Source of the DNA: Nemertoderma westbladi
Taxonomy: Eukaryota > Animalia > Xenacoelomorpha
Direction of reading: 5' to 3'
NCBI GenBank assembly: GCA_032718475.1
Contig: JAUCBJ010007877.1
Span: forward strand, 1 to 64,000
Length of the DNA stretch: 64,000 bases
The notes under the pieces are model-generated. The model had not been told where the DNA came from. It saw nothing but the letters and a program-made list of their open reading frames with translations, and ran no database searches. This document shows, one piece after another, positions 11,606 to 25,300 of this stretch. The translations under genes and the position numbers were made by a program. Each line of letters begins with the position of its first letter. Within the stretch, counting starts at the first letter, position 1.

Positions 11606-11658
11606 TGGCCTAGTGGTTGTAGTCTCGGCTTCCACCTCGAGGTCCCAGGTTCGAATCC
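11606..11658 (+). promoter_or_regulatory. tRNA-type Pol III internal promoter (A and B box) directly upstream of the hammerhead; also present in both minus-strand monomers
   Basis: A box TGGCCTAGTGG 11606-11616, B box GGTTCGAATCC 11648-11658. Confidence 0.8.
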
Positions 11659-11661
11659 GAC

Positions 11662-11704
11662 ACCACGCTGAAGAGACCCAGTAAGGTCGAAACGCGTACG
11701 TGGT
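11662..11704 (+). ncRNA. Type I hammerhead ribozyme
   Basis: ACCACG CTGAAGA GACC CAGTAA GGTC GAAAC GC GTA CGTGGT; predicted cleavage after A11698. Confidence 0.88.
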
Positions 11705-13201
11705 TTGGAGAGATATGAGATATTAATTTCAAGAAAAAATTACGCGATTCCTAAATTTGTAAACTACCCAGTTAAAAAGTACGCATGTGATGGGATTAGT
11801 CCTACAATTGCGCCAATAAAAGATAAAGTTATTTTCGGTAAAATAAACTTATCATTCGAGGTTAAGACCCCTAGATCCCTGCTGATTCGTAAGCTGTTGA
11901 TTCTCAATTAAAATCTGGTTTTATGGTATTCTTTGCTGTATTTTTTCTAATCTATTCCGAATAGAAATTATATCATCAGCAACCATTATTGTAAGATTAA
12001 AAATAATGTGGCACGAATGAGAAGTCAGTAGTGTAATAATAACAACCAGAATTTCTGACATAATGGCTAAACGATACGGTGTGTATGAAATGTGTTAGGG
12101 GTTATATTATATATTGCAAAGATAACATGAAATGGTAGCGCTTATGTAAATAATATGCTGGTCAAAGTTATAATTCAATTTGTTTAACAAACAAGACTAA
12201 ATTTATACTGTGGAATAGGTACTACCATACCATATACTGTAATATAGCATGAAAGACTGGCAAAAATACACATTAAAGGTACATTAGATCTTTCTATGAG
12301 CTTAAATATAGCCTGACTACTACTGTATAACCATTAAGCAATGTAATGTAATAGTAATATTTGAAACTGTTGTTTCTTGGCTTCAACTTCTGACCTTAAC
12401 AAATTGCCAAGGTGGTAAACAAGAAATCACTAATAATAATAATAATATCCTAACCCCTATCTACAGTAGCTGAAATGGACAATATATTGAGAGCAATATG
12501 CAATAATATGGCATCAGTAACATATTAAGTAATATAATTTTTGTATAATATTGACTAAATTAGAGACTTTATTGGTATAATTCATTACTTGCACTTGTAA
12601 ATATTGATATTATTAACATAAGGAAAGTGATTAGCACGCAGCGTTGTTGTAACTGCGGCCATCAACCAACATAGTGCGGAGTGGGGGAGTAGGCTGGCAG
12701 CTGCGTGGAACGAGAATGGATATAATTTCCGTGTCACCATGGTGATGCAAACACACTAGTATCAACATCACTGTCAATAAATAAATAATTGATTATTTTT
12801 TGATATCGCAAATTTTTGTCACTGGCACAGCTAGAAAGCACAGATAGATGGCAGAGCATTGATTTATGGACGAACTAATACGCACTACACCAATAGCATT
12901 CATTAAAATCATATGAATAAGTATATGGAAATTGCTGTTTTATATTTGCGTATTATTAATCAATACTTGTCATATCATATAGGTAAAGGCTACAGACCGG
13001 ACCCATTGCTCAATTGACCAGACCCATTGCCATTTAAAGGAACAGGTTAGCAAAGGAGCAGGTTACGGAGGCGTGTTTGGGGAACCAAAACAATAAACGA
13101 AAGTTAACACATGTTACAAGATTATGCAGGTTACTTAATTGTGGTAATAAGGGTCCGGTCAATAATACACTTTTTTAAGTAAAATATATATCAAATATAA
13201 A

Positions 13202-14917
13202 GCCAACCCTAGCCCAACATACTGCCAACCCTAACCCAACCTAACACCAACCCAAGCCCAACCTAACGTCAACCCTAACCAACATACTGCCAACCCTAAC
13301 CCAACCTAACACCAACCCTAGCCCAACCTAACGTCAACCCTAACCAACATACTGCCAACCCTAGCCCAACCTAACGCCAACACTAACCCAACCTAACACC
13401 AACCCTAGCCCAACCTAACGTCAACCCTAACCAACATACTGCCAACCCTAACCCAACCTAACACCAACCCAAGCCCAACCTAACACCAACCCTAGCCCAA
13501 CTTAACGTCAACCCTAACCAACATACTGCCAACCCTAACCCAACCTAACGCCAACCCAAGCCCAACCTAACACCAACCCTAGCCCAACTTAACGTCAACC
13601 CTAACCAACATACTGCCAACCCTAACCCAACCTAACACCAACCCAAGCCCAACCTAACACCAACCCTAGCCCAACTTAACGTCAACCCTAACCAACATAC
13701 TGCCAACCCTAACCCAACCTAACACCAACCCTAGCCCAACCTAACGTCAACCCTAACCAACATACTGCCAACCCTAACCCAACCTAACGCCAACCCTAAC
13801 CCAACCTAACACCAACCCTAGCCCAACCTAACGTCAACCCTAACCAACATACTGCCAACCCTAACCCAACCTAACGCCAACCCTAACCCAACCTAACACC
13901 AACCCTAGCCCAACTTAACGTCAACCCTAACCAACATACTGCCAACCCTAACCCAACCTAACACCAACCCTAGCCCAACCTAACGTCAACCCAAACCAAC
14001 ATACTGCCAACCCTAACCCAACCTAACGCCAACCCTAACCCAACCTAACACCAACCCTAGCCCAACTTAACGTCAACCCTAACCAACATACTGCCAACCC
14101 TAACCCAACCTAACACCAACCCTAGCCCAACCTAACGTCAACCCTAACCAACATACTGCCAACCCTAACCCAACCTAACGCCAACACTAACCCAACCTAA
14201 CACCAACCCTAGCCCAACCTAACGTCAACCCTAACCAACATACTGCCAACCCTAATCCAACCTAACGCCAACCCTAACCCAACCTAACACCAACCCTAGC
14301 CCAACCTAACGTCAACCCTAACCAACATACTGGTGCCAACCCTAACCCAACCTAACGCCAACCCTAACCCAACCTAACACCAACCCTAGCCCAACCTAAC
14401 GTCAACCCTAACCCAACCTAATGTCATCCCTAACCAACATACTGCCAACACTAACCAAACCTAACACCAACCCTAACCCAACCTAACGCCAACACTAACC
14501 CAACCTAACGCCAACACTAACCCAACCTAACGCCAACACTAACCCAACCTAACGCCAACCCTATCCCAACCTAACGCCAACACTAACCCAACCTAACGCC
14601 AACCCTAACCCAACCTAACGTCAACCCTAACCCAACCTAACGTCATCCCTAACCAACATACTGCCAACACTAACCAAACCTAACACCAACCCTAACCCAA
14701 CCTAACGCCAACACTAACCCAACCTAACGCCAACACTAACCCAACCTAACGCCAACACTAACCCAACCTAACGCCAACACTAACCCAACCTAACGCCAAC
14801 CCTATCCCAACCTAACGCCAACACTAACCCAACCTAACGCCAACCCTAACCAACCTACCGCCTATCCTAACCAACACACCGCCAACCCTAACCAACACAC
14901 CGCCAACCCTAACCAAC
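13202..14917. repeat. Telomere-like C/A-rich satellite of 21-22 bp variant units with higher-order arrangement
   Basis: Units AACCCTAACCCAACCTAACACC, AACCCTAGCCCAACCTAACGTC and AACCCTAACCAACATACTGCC recur in order. Confidence 0.95.
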
Positions 14918-15607
14918 AAACAAATTAAATTTTTTTTTATTCTATATTTATTTAAAACTTTTTTTCTATGTAAATATTTTTATAATTCCGATGCTGTACT
15001 GTTATCAGAGAATATTCCCGAATCCCATACACCCCCCCCCGCCCACCCCCACCCATGATTTACTTTGCAACAATGGAGTCTTGCTCAATGTTTGCCTTAT
15101 TGGGTTGTCACTGCTAAGGACACTACATCCTTGCTGTATTTCCCGTATGTTATGCAAGGTAGCCCTACAGATTGTTGGATATGCCATTTTTAAGCAATGA
15201 TCTAAAAAGCGATGACCTTCTGTAGTCGTCGTTTAAAATGTTTGAACGCTAATAAGTTTCAAACAAAGTTTTTCCTTTTACTTTCTCAAAATTGGCCCCA
15301 GCATAAAAAAAAGGCGCAAAAAACATTGCTATGCCACTGGCAATGTACGAACACCCCCAAATGGAGTAGAAAAACAAATAAAGGCCAACATATGGTGCAT
15401 AATACTGTAAGTAAAACAGAAAAGTAGGCACGGCGATAGCAAATTAGATTGTATCATTTTTTTGTAGCCTTACCCTAAGCCCTAGTAGCGTGGCTCCTAC
15501 TTGCTGTATTATTAACTCCAGGCAGTTCAATATTATTTTAGGCTTATGTAAAATAACCATTTATGTGCACTGTAGGCCTAATGTAATACAGATTAGATAG
15601 TCAGATT

Positions 15608-16030
15608 AGGGTGTGCGGACACTTCCACCCCGACCGGACAGTTCCAATCAATCAATCAATCAATCAATTGAGCTCATATGAGCTCGTATATTAGTTTTAT
15701 TTAGAAATTGAAATCTCACGAATAAATAGGCCTATTAGCTGATTAGTGAACAATCATATGAACAGTTATTTGCAATTTGTGTAGCCTATTGAATTTGTGT
15801 AGTTATTTAATTAGCCAAATAAAGCAGTAGCATAGCTAGTGTTGCATTATTTGACTAAAAGAGAGGAAAATAATTCGTGATATACTGGTTCATTGCCATT
15901 CAAATGAACTTGGTACTCTACATCTTGCGATCAGTATGGCTTGTTGTTGTTCCCCCCGTTCAAGTAGGACACTTCCCCCCCCGGACACTTCCCCCACAGA
16001 CACTCCCCCCCGGACACTTCCCCTACCCAG
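15608..16030. repeat. Probable non-autonomous DNA element with GGACACTTCCCCC subterminal repeats
   Basis: Repeated GGACACTTCC(C)n motifs at ~15617 and 15967-16025. Confidence 0.4.
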
Positions 16031-17129
16031 GAAGGGGTTAATGGCAGGCCTACAAATATTATTCAGAGTATGAAAAAAACGATTAAAAATAGGAATTATA
16101 ATTTTGGGGATATTTACTGAAATATATGTGATCTTCATGCATTTTTTCATAGTGTCTTAATATCAGAGATTGATATGAAGTTATTATGTCTGTTATGATT
16201 ATTCCAGTTGAAGTTCTTCCATCTAAATACACGCTCACTCTATTTCCTTTGGTATTTCTACTTTTTGTCCCGCAATTTACATAAAGTGCGGGAAACCTGT
16301 TTACCACATAACACGAAACACCACAAACAAACTAAGTACTCCAGATTAATGATACATATATTTGTGCTTTGCAAACGACATATCATCATTCTATTATAAT
16401 ATGTCTATCCCGTACAAGCAAAATATGGAGTTCAGCGTAAAGTGCGGGACATTATGATGTAAGCAGATTATGAGCACTGAATTTTTAGATACAATGTTGT
16501 TTTAATTGACAGCAAATGATTTCATTAGAAAATATGATTGTTTCGCTTCGAATAGTACTCTATTACGTTGCCTTCTGCCTAAAACTACTCATAAAACACG
16601 GTTGTCATATTATGTACTCAGTTAACTGTATTTTTGCAGTTTTAGAGAAGGGTGAATTACACCAGATTTCAGAAAGTTAAATTTTGATGCTGTTTTTTTG
16701 TATTAAATTTGAAAATCGCTTCATATATTGGTTCGGAAAATTGATATGGGAAGCAAATAATGATAATGATAATTGAGAATAATAATTCACTTTTCTCAAA
16801 ATTGGTATTGCGGTTGACATTTGCATGGAATGAGCCTAAATATTCGGCTAAATTGCAATGTAAATTAAACGAAGGTTAACTAAACTAACTCTAACTCCAA
16901 TGTTTGGCAGGTATGTTTAAACCACTGAAATTTATTTTTCCCCCCGAAAGCGAAAGAGCCTGGGAAACAATTGCGTGGTTGATGCTAATAGTCGCTTCTG
17001 GAGAATTTCCAAATGGTTATTTTCATCTTTGCATCAGTCACATTAAATATTCTTTATGACCCGTGAAAATTTCAAGTGTGGAAATAAATAATTGTCATAT
17101 ACTGTTTGGAAAGAGTTAATTGTTGATAT

Positions 17130-17257
17130 ATTGTAAATGATAGTAACAACCTAGATCCAAATCTATTGTAAATGATGGGTAACAACCTAGATCCAAATCT
17201 ATTGTAAATGATGGGTAACAACCTAGATCCAAATCTATTGTAAATGATGGGTAACAA
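17130..17257. repeat. 36-bp tandem repeat, ~3.5 copies
   Basis: ATTGTAAATGATGGGTAACAACCTAGATCCAAATCT repeated. Confidence 0.9.
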
Positions 17258-17434
17258 TATGACATTTGAAACTTTGAGATAAGGATATATCATCAACGTA
17301 CTGATTCATTATCCATTATCCAAGGTTATTGACTTTGATTACACTAAGTTTGTAAACTTCATCATAAACAATAATTATCGGTTTAATAGCGGTACTACCA
17401 GAATTAGTATGATATATAAGATAAGTAAATAATA

Positions 17435-17935
17435 GTAATGTAAATAGGACAATATGATAATGCTCTCCATAGCGAAAAATATCAACCAGCCCTATTGGGG
17501 CTCGAACCCGGTACATAGGTTTCAAACTTCTGATTATCATCACACGGGTGAATGTACTGAGCTAGCTACCAGGTAGGATGAATATTTCGTTATGGAGTGG
17601 AAGATCATATTAAGGCCATACAATCACTCAAAGTGAAGTACAACTTTCGTTATTCCCGTGCTCTGCTGCCAGAAAATGGCAACCATGCCTCAAAGAATAA
17701 CTTTTATACAGTGTTGTAGAAACCACTGTAACCCCGTATGCCTGGCCCAGGCTGTTAGTTAATGATAATAAGTGAATTGTTGTGGGGCGAGTGAGGCGGT
17801 GAATTAAATATATAATGTAAATAGGACAAATAAATATTTTTCGCTTTGGAGAGCATTATCATATTGTCTTATTTACATTATATATTTATTTCACCGCGTG
17901 ACTCGCCCCACAACAATTCACTTATTATCATTAAA
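17435..17935. repeat. Inverted-repeat element (MITE-like) with a tRNA-like segment
   Basis: AATGTAAATAGGACAATATGATAATGCTCTCCA (~17437) is inverted at ~17847-17880; palindromic arms 17770-17930. Confidence 0.5.
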
Positions 17936-20433
17936 TAATAGTAATAATAATAAACGCCCATGTGAAGAATACCAGGATTTCACTTTTCGGTCGACTTTTT
18001 ACTGGAATTTTATATATGAAGATTTTTTATTTTTTTTATTTTTCTTTATTAAGTATTTTATAGCGCTTATTTCTGTCTTATAACCTGTACATATACTAAT
18101 TCGTTTATTGTTTTGGTTAGATTAAGCCCTTCTGTAACCTGTGTTTTTGGTGAAAACCTGGTATTCTTCACATGGGGGTAACTGGAAAGTGAAATATAAC
18201 GGCAGAAGTCTGGTATTCTTCACATGGGACATAATAAAGTATTCAGTGTGGGTCAAATTGGCATTGTGGGGCGATGCAAGAAGGCTGGGTGAAGTCTGTC
18301 GTTTAGCATGTGGTGTTATTATTGGACCGTTGTCGTCGCCGCATTGGTACACATGCAAGATGCAATCTGATACCAACATTTTAGATATTCGAAACTCAGA
18401 CTGACTTCTATACGTAGTTCCTCTGTTGATGGTCCACAAATTGTACCGGAATGCTAAGGTTTATCTAGACATCGTGATGCGCGAAGGGACCACGAACGTG
18501 TCTGGTCTTCTGGTCTGGTCTTTCTTTGATTGTGAATTTCGATGACCAATTTTCTAAAATTCTCTCTCTTTCAAAATTTCGTTTTTTCGACTACAACAAA
18601 TATAAATATAAATAAGTATAAATAATGGGTTGAGCTGATACAAGTGTAGCCACAGTGCCGTTGCTGATATATTGATGTTGAAACATTGAGACGGATCATT
18701 GAATTCTAAAAATACTGTATTTAGTACTCTATGGACGGACGGACAATTTTGCCCGTATCTAAATGAATGCTAAAGGCTCTCAGACTTCAGGGCTCGTTCG
18801 AAGCACTGCTTGGTGGAGGATCATAACTTAGCTACGTATATAATTAGTTAATGTTTTTCATGAATCTTTTCATGCATAGCTTACAACATAATTTATTTGG
18901 GTATAAAATAAAGTGTGGAATTATGAATTGTATGTTAGTTATTGTATATTCGGATGGTTATACGTTGAAGCAATATGTAAATGTGTATTACATATGCGGA
19001 AAACTTCACCATTGTTAGGCAATGTGAGTGGATCAGTGCAATATAACAGCAAAGCATGTACTACGGCATTACCACCACCTACCGTTAATATGGATTCCTT
19101 TGAAATTTTTAGCACGATGTTAATAAGCATAGCATCCTCGTGGTAACTTCCTTCCAAGAAAAAATCCATAGGATTTAGTACAGATGGACGTTGGTGACCA
19201 AATGTTATACAACACTCGGCTGTGAAGCATTGGTTGATACCTACGCTATGTTACTCGGCAGCAGTACTTTGGATATATATCCCTACTCGAGTGGATGTTA
19301 AACATTCGATCTATAATTATAAAGTACAAAATTAAAATTACACTGTACTGGTATAATCTCTATGATTTAACACATTTTTAGAAAAATACGCCACACTTTT
19401 GTTTTCAAATTTTATGTAACAGTTACATATACTACTACCACATTTCATTAAGGGACAGTATCTGTGTGTGAGCGGTATTGCATGTGTTCATGAGTTCTTG
19501 TGGGCAGTTGTTTGAGCTGGTCCACTGTAAGCAGGTCGAAGTGTATTGCTGGACTTCCTGTATCCGTCGAAGCTTTATTGCAAGTGAACTCAAAAACCTT
19601 TTATTCATCGTTCATGGCAGATTAGTGATAACTGTTAATGGTCGGTGTAACAATTTAACACGATCTTAATGGTACAGTATTTAGAAGCGGATAAAAATTA
19701 TTTGGCAAATTAAGCGAAAAAATGAATTAGCCACCGACACGAATCGAATCCCTGTGTTCCAATTACCTTTCATATTAAATATATTCCATATCAATCTTGA
19801 TATTGGTTGAGTCCTTTGGATGAAAAAAACCAAAATTTGCCACATTCGCTGTATGTACTATAAGCTACAAGAACGCCAAACTACACGGTTTAATTGACAC
19901 TGGAGGCACATTGTGCGTCCACACCAATCATTGCAGAGTGTTTTTCAAATTAACCTTAACATACCTTCACAAAAAGCTGACTCAGCTATATACGTGAAAG
20001 TGCGAAATGGGGTGAAATTAACTTCAAAATGACGTTGGGTTAGTTTCCACTAGTATGAATGAGAACAAAGCATCATTAAAGCATCATTTTTTCATGATCA
20101 TCGTGTTAATATGAAGATTACGGGAAGCCGCACATAAATAGTAAACTATCATTCCACAGCGATAATTTACCGTTTTTAATAATAACTACTTCAACTAATT
20201 ACCTAAATAGTACATAAAATGACAGCATAATACTTAGTTTTGTTTAAAATATTATTATTCTGATAGGCCTTTTGTCAAATTAGCAGGAACAGAAGATGTT
20301 TTCGTTTACCAAACTGCGAAAACAAATGTTATTTATCGTAGTGGTGGCCGGTGAGTTTCAATTTGCATAAGTTACTTTTTTACTCGGGTTAATTATTCTT
20401 TGACATAATATATAATATTATAATATAGAATAG

Positions 20434-22059
20434 AACAAGTGTAACAATTAATCCTGCCGTTATTCTCAACACAACTTTTTTAATTTATTAATTTTTCGGG
20501 CGCCTTCAGCGCCCTTTATCAAAATTACCAGCAAAATAATTACCAACAAAATTATAGGAACCTACAGCACTAAATATATAAATCAAAGCTACAAACAGAA
20601 TTACTACAATACCAGAATAATTAAGGTCTGTGTGCGTGTATTCTACTGAGAGACTGCGTTAGGGTTGGCATACTACAGTACTGTATTATAGGTACCTACC
20701 GGTCGATAAAAATAATATGACTTTAATGGTAGCTCTAACAGCTGTAGCCTATAAGTGACACACAACTGACTGACCGCAACTGGCTTTAACGATAGGTATC
20801 AGGGTAAGTAATGTCGTGTGCATATTACAGTATTAGCACAAAAATATATTGAGACAATATCGGTTTCACCTTTGCCCGTGTAGACAAAAAATACTGTATC
20901 GTAAATTTTGGAATCTAAAAAATTGTACATCGAAATATACTTACCAAGATATCAAAATCAACCAAGACATCGAAATATAATTACCAATCCATTATTTATA
21001 CCTGTTAAGAAAATGTTAGTTTCAAATGAATGCAACTTTAAAAATCTGTAAAATTTGTCACTGAACTGAGGCTAGGAAAGCGTATGTTGTGTGAATCTTA
21101 GATTCATAACCCGGACAAAAAATAAACAAATAAACAGTTTCTGTAGGAAATATATCCATAACCCAGGCACAAATAATCCGTTAGGAAATAACAAATATAC
21201 AGTATCAATATTTACGTTAAACATAATAGAAATCTACAGTATATTGTTCGAAATATATAGTGGACTTATATAATCGTAAGTACCAGACAAGAATATATTT
21301 GAGTTTCACCTAAAAATATATTGAGACAATATTTTTTGTTTATTTGTGCCCGGGTTATGGATATATTTCCTACAGAAACTGTTTATTTGTATATTTTTTT
21401 TCCGGGTTATGAATCTAAGATTCACACGACATACAGTACGCCTTCCTAGTCTCAGTTCGGTGACAAATTTTACAGATTTTTAAAGTTGCATTCATGTGAA
21501 ACTTATATTTTCGTAAGTAATACATATATTATTTCCGTGTACAATTTTTTGGATTCCAATATATACGACTATCAAGTTTAATATTTATTTTTGGTGTACA
21601 CTGAAATATGCAAAATTATAATTATAATTACAGTATTTTTTGTCTAGACGGGCATAGGTCAAACCGATATTGTCTCAATATATTTTTGTGCTAATAATGT
21701 AATATGTACACGACATTACTTACCCTAAAACCTGTCGTTAAAGCCAGTTGCGGTCAGTCAGTTGTGTGTCGCTTATAGGCTACAGCTGTTAGAGCTACCA
21801 TTAAAGTCATATTATATTTATCGACCGGTAGGTACCGATAATATTATGCCTAACGCAGTCAGTCCGTCTCTGTCAGTAGAACACACACACACGCAGACCT
21901 TAATTATTCTGTTATTTCAGTAAATCTTTTTTAGGTTCTGGTAATTTTGGTGTTATATTTTACTGGTAATTTTGACAAAGGGCGCTGAAGGCGCCCGAAA
22001 ATTTAATAAATTAAAAAGTTGTGTTGGGAATAACGGCAGGATTAATTATTAAACTTGTT
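20434..22059. mobile_element. ~1.6-kb foldback/MITE-like long inverted repeat
   Basis: Arms ~20434-21170 and ~21340-22059 are reverse complements (e.g. CGGGCGCCTTCAGCGCCCTT / AAGGGCGCTGAAGGCGCCCG). Confidence 0.85.
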
Positions 22060-22322
22060 TTTTGTTTTACTTAATGAAATTTTTGGGTGACTTATTAATT
22101 ATAAATTAATTCTCACAGGCTAACTATAATTTTTACAATTTTTTTTATATGAACCCATACAATTGATGCCACTTTACATTGCAGTATATATAATAAACAA
22201 GTACTTTGCGCATGCGCATGTTGTTATCAATGAATTTTCTCCACCCTGAAATATTAAAATAAATAAATTATTTAAGATGTTATAAGTTTAATTAACATTT
22301 CCTATTTATTATATTGTTACAG

Positions 22323-25300
22323 GTATTCTTACAAGTTCAACAGTCCAAGCACAAAATTGTAAGTACTATTGGTAATTATAATGATTGGAGTCCAAATCAA
22401 TCAAACTATTGTTTATCAAGGAAACACTTAATGTTATTTATTTATTTATTATTTTTGAAAGTTATATAATTCAAATTTGAAACAAATATCTAAATATCCG
22501 CATTTCTATATTTTTGTGTACAGTTAAGTGTTTTATATCATAAACAATCCAAATAACCAAGAAAACCAACGGCTGAATCGTTGAAAACGAAAGCTATACA
22601 ATACAAGCTTATTGTTAATTTTAATAGAGTAGAGAGGACAGATAGGGAAATAAACTGACGTATTTCCTTCTAAATCTTTCCGTATTGATACACAAATACT
22701 TTGCATCAACTTCGAAATATTGCTTCCGACACAGAGACATTTGGAAAACGGCCCTTATAAACTTATAATAATCGCATCAAATTCTCACAATTGTTATGGC
22801 TCGCCCCTCAATGTAACTTTCTGTATTTATAATGTTTTAGAACGAGACCAAGATTAAGCACTTAAGCAGCCTTAGTCTATTGTTCCATTCTTCTTTGCTT
22901 AACTCATTGTTTTTTTTTCAGTAAACCTCGCATTAAATGCGCTTCACGGACAAGACAGTGAACCCGAGGTGGGGATTTCAGATTATCTAGTTGACGGCGA
23001 TCGAAATGGACAAGGTACCAACTGCGCGTATACTGATAATGTTGCCCCCAATTATATTTGGGTGTGTCTAGATGATCCCTACAACATTACTGAAGTCAAA
23101 GTCTACAACAGAGAAGACTGCTGTTCTCATAGGATCAATGGGACACGCGTGAGTAATTAATTACATATTACATGTTGGCAATAGTTGATATGTAACTGGT
23201 TGAGCTGAGTTGAAGTATTATAAAAACATATATAGTTAGCTCCATGCAGGTTATGGACCAACTAAGCCTGTTGTATGAAATATAAACCACAACGCCCTTA
23301 TATTTATGTATTTATTATATTTAAATAAGTTAAAACAAAATCAAGATTGTTAAAGTAAAAAAATAAAAGTTTTATTCGGCCGTTCGTTTCGGCTTGGGAT
23401 CTATTTTATACAATTTACCCAAATTCGTATCAAACTTTAAACTGGTTTTAATTTAATTAATATGTGTGGGTTTCTAAAAAGTTATCTTGATATTTCAAAG
23501 CCTTTGAAAACAGTCAAAAGTTCGAGACAACACGCAAATAGTCAGACAGAGACTAAAGAGATTGTATTATATCTATAATCGGCCTGCTGCATTGAAACTG
23601 CACATTGAGATGCTATGCCGGCTTAACAAAAACATTTTGTCACCACCATGCAATCCACAATTGGCAAGCTGAATGCAGCGTGCATTACGAATGCTATGCC
23701 GGCTTATTAACAATGTTGCACCGCCACAATTCCCTATCCAACATGGCTTTCGCGGGATTATTCGCATCTTCAAGGACAGTGTCCTTTAAGATAAAGTGAT
23801 GTGAAGTCTCAATAAAGTGATGGGCTGTCCACCATGCTTATTTGATCTTATTTTCTCCATGGGGCTGCCAAGATACTAGATTGTGCCCCCCGCCCCGCTA
23901 GTTTGCTGCTACCCGAGACTGTCCAAACAGTAATAAAGTATGTCCAAACAATGTTCTGCAAAGCGGAGGCGGATTTGTTTAAGTGTCAAGCCTGGGAGAC
24001 CAATGTTATATAGTGTCTGGTTGGAGATGTGTGCATTGTACTTGACACAATGAACCCGGCGTAGCATTCTTGTGAATCTGCCATCCAGAGCTTTGGTGTC
24101 CTCAGCAGTTAGACCCCAGCATGGACTCCCATAGGAGTACTGGAACTACTGCTGCTCTAAATAATCGGACCTTAAGTTTCCGATGTATTCAGTGTGACTT
24201 CCAAATCCTGGAAAGCCTATTCAATGCTGGGATAGTTACAAAACCCGAAAATAACGAAAAAAGCGAAATTATCAACGAAACTATCGAAATTATGAAACAA
24301 TCTACAAAATCTCGCTTTCCAATAATATCGGTATTATTAGATGGCACTCTATACATTTTTTAATTAATAAAATCCGATAATTTCGCCCTATTTTCGACCT
24401 TAAAAGTAATTTAATACGAAATAATGTCTGCTGGTTGGTTGTTGGGTGTTGACCAATGGCGGCTTGGATGGATCAATTCAGCATCAGCAGGCAGTGTACT
24501 GGTCAACTGGTGTATTGCAAGCATGGTACAGCCTGAAGGGGTAAGGTTAAAGGAACCGGTCCGGTCAGCCGGTACCCTAACCCAACACTGCACACGCATT
24601 ACGGCGTACGGTACATTCGCGTTACAGGTGTACACTGTACAGTGACAGTGACTGTTAGGCAAGTGGCGCAGCGGGGCGAGTGTGTATTTTGATTATATTC
24701 TATTATTATATGTATATATATTGTGGTGTTGTGACATCATTGGATTACCCCTAATAACCAATCAAAAGAGACATTATTTTGTATTAAATTACTTTTAGGG
24801 TCGAAAATGGGGCAAAATTATCGGATTTTATTAATTAAAAAATGTAAAGTGTGACTTCTAATAATACCGATCTCACTGGAAAGTTAGATTATATTTAAAG
24901 TTTTATAATTTTGATATTTTCGTTAATAATTTCGTGTTTTTCGTTATTTTCGGGTTTTATAACTATCCTCAATGCTGCCCATGCCTTTCCCTTACGTATT
25001 CGAAGGTCCTCACCTGACTTCCGGCATGATCCCAGGTAACAGAAGTCGTCCACATGCTCAAGCATACCATCCTTTTGAGCTTATGCTCATCCGGTCAGAG
25101 ACTTGCTGAGGACTTTCAAAGTTAACTGTCAAAATTTTGGTTTTCTTGGTCTTAACAAAAAGACCAACACTAGAAGCAGCCTGTTCTAATGAGCTGAGGA
25201 GCCGTTGGGCTCCCTCTAGTGATTCTGAGAGTGCTTCTAAGTCATCAGCAAAGTCTAGATCAGTTAGGTACTTGGCAGGATTTCCTCGACTTCTGGAGCC

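Larger units (their letters stand above)
10581..11878. mobile_element. Non-autonomous retrozyme/Penelope-like insertion: tandem ~410-bp monomers (- strand) plus an inverted monomer (+ strand)
   Basis: Direct repeat offset 412 bp (10799 vs 11211); inverted copy ~11475-11878; flanking duplication CTGCTGATTCGT at 10569-10580 and 11879-11890. Confidence 0.8.

Noticed and set aside
11599-11666. Possible true tRNA gene (also 47050-47120 and ~17490-17570)
   Set aside because: A/B boxes are present but acceptor and T stems are imperfect, and each is embedded in a repeat; treated as SINE/retrozyme heads
16900-16910. ATGTTTGGCAG/GTATG as first exon of the lectin gene
   Set aside because: Phase 2 end is incompatible with the phase 1 start of exon 22323, and it is too short for a signal peptide
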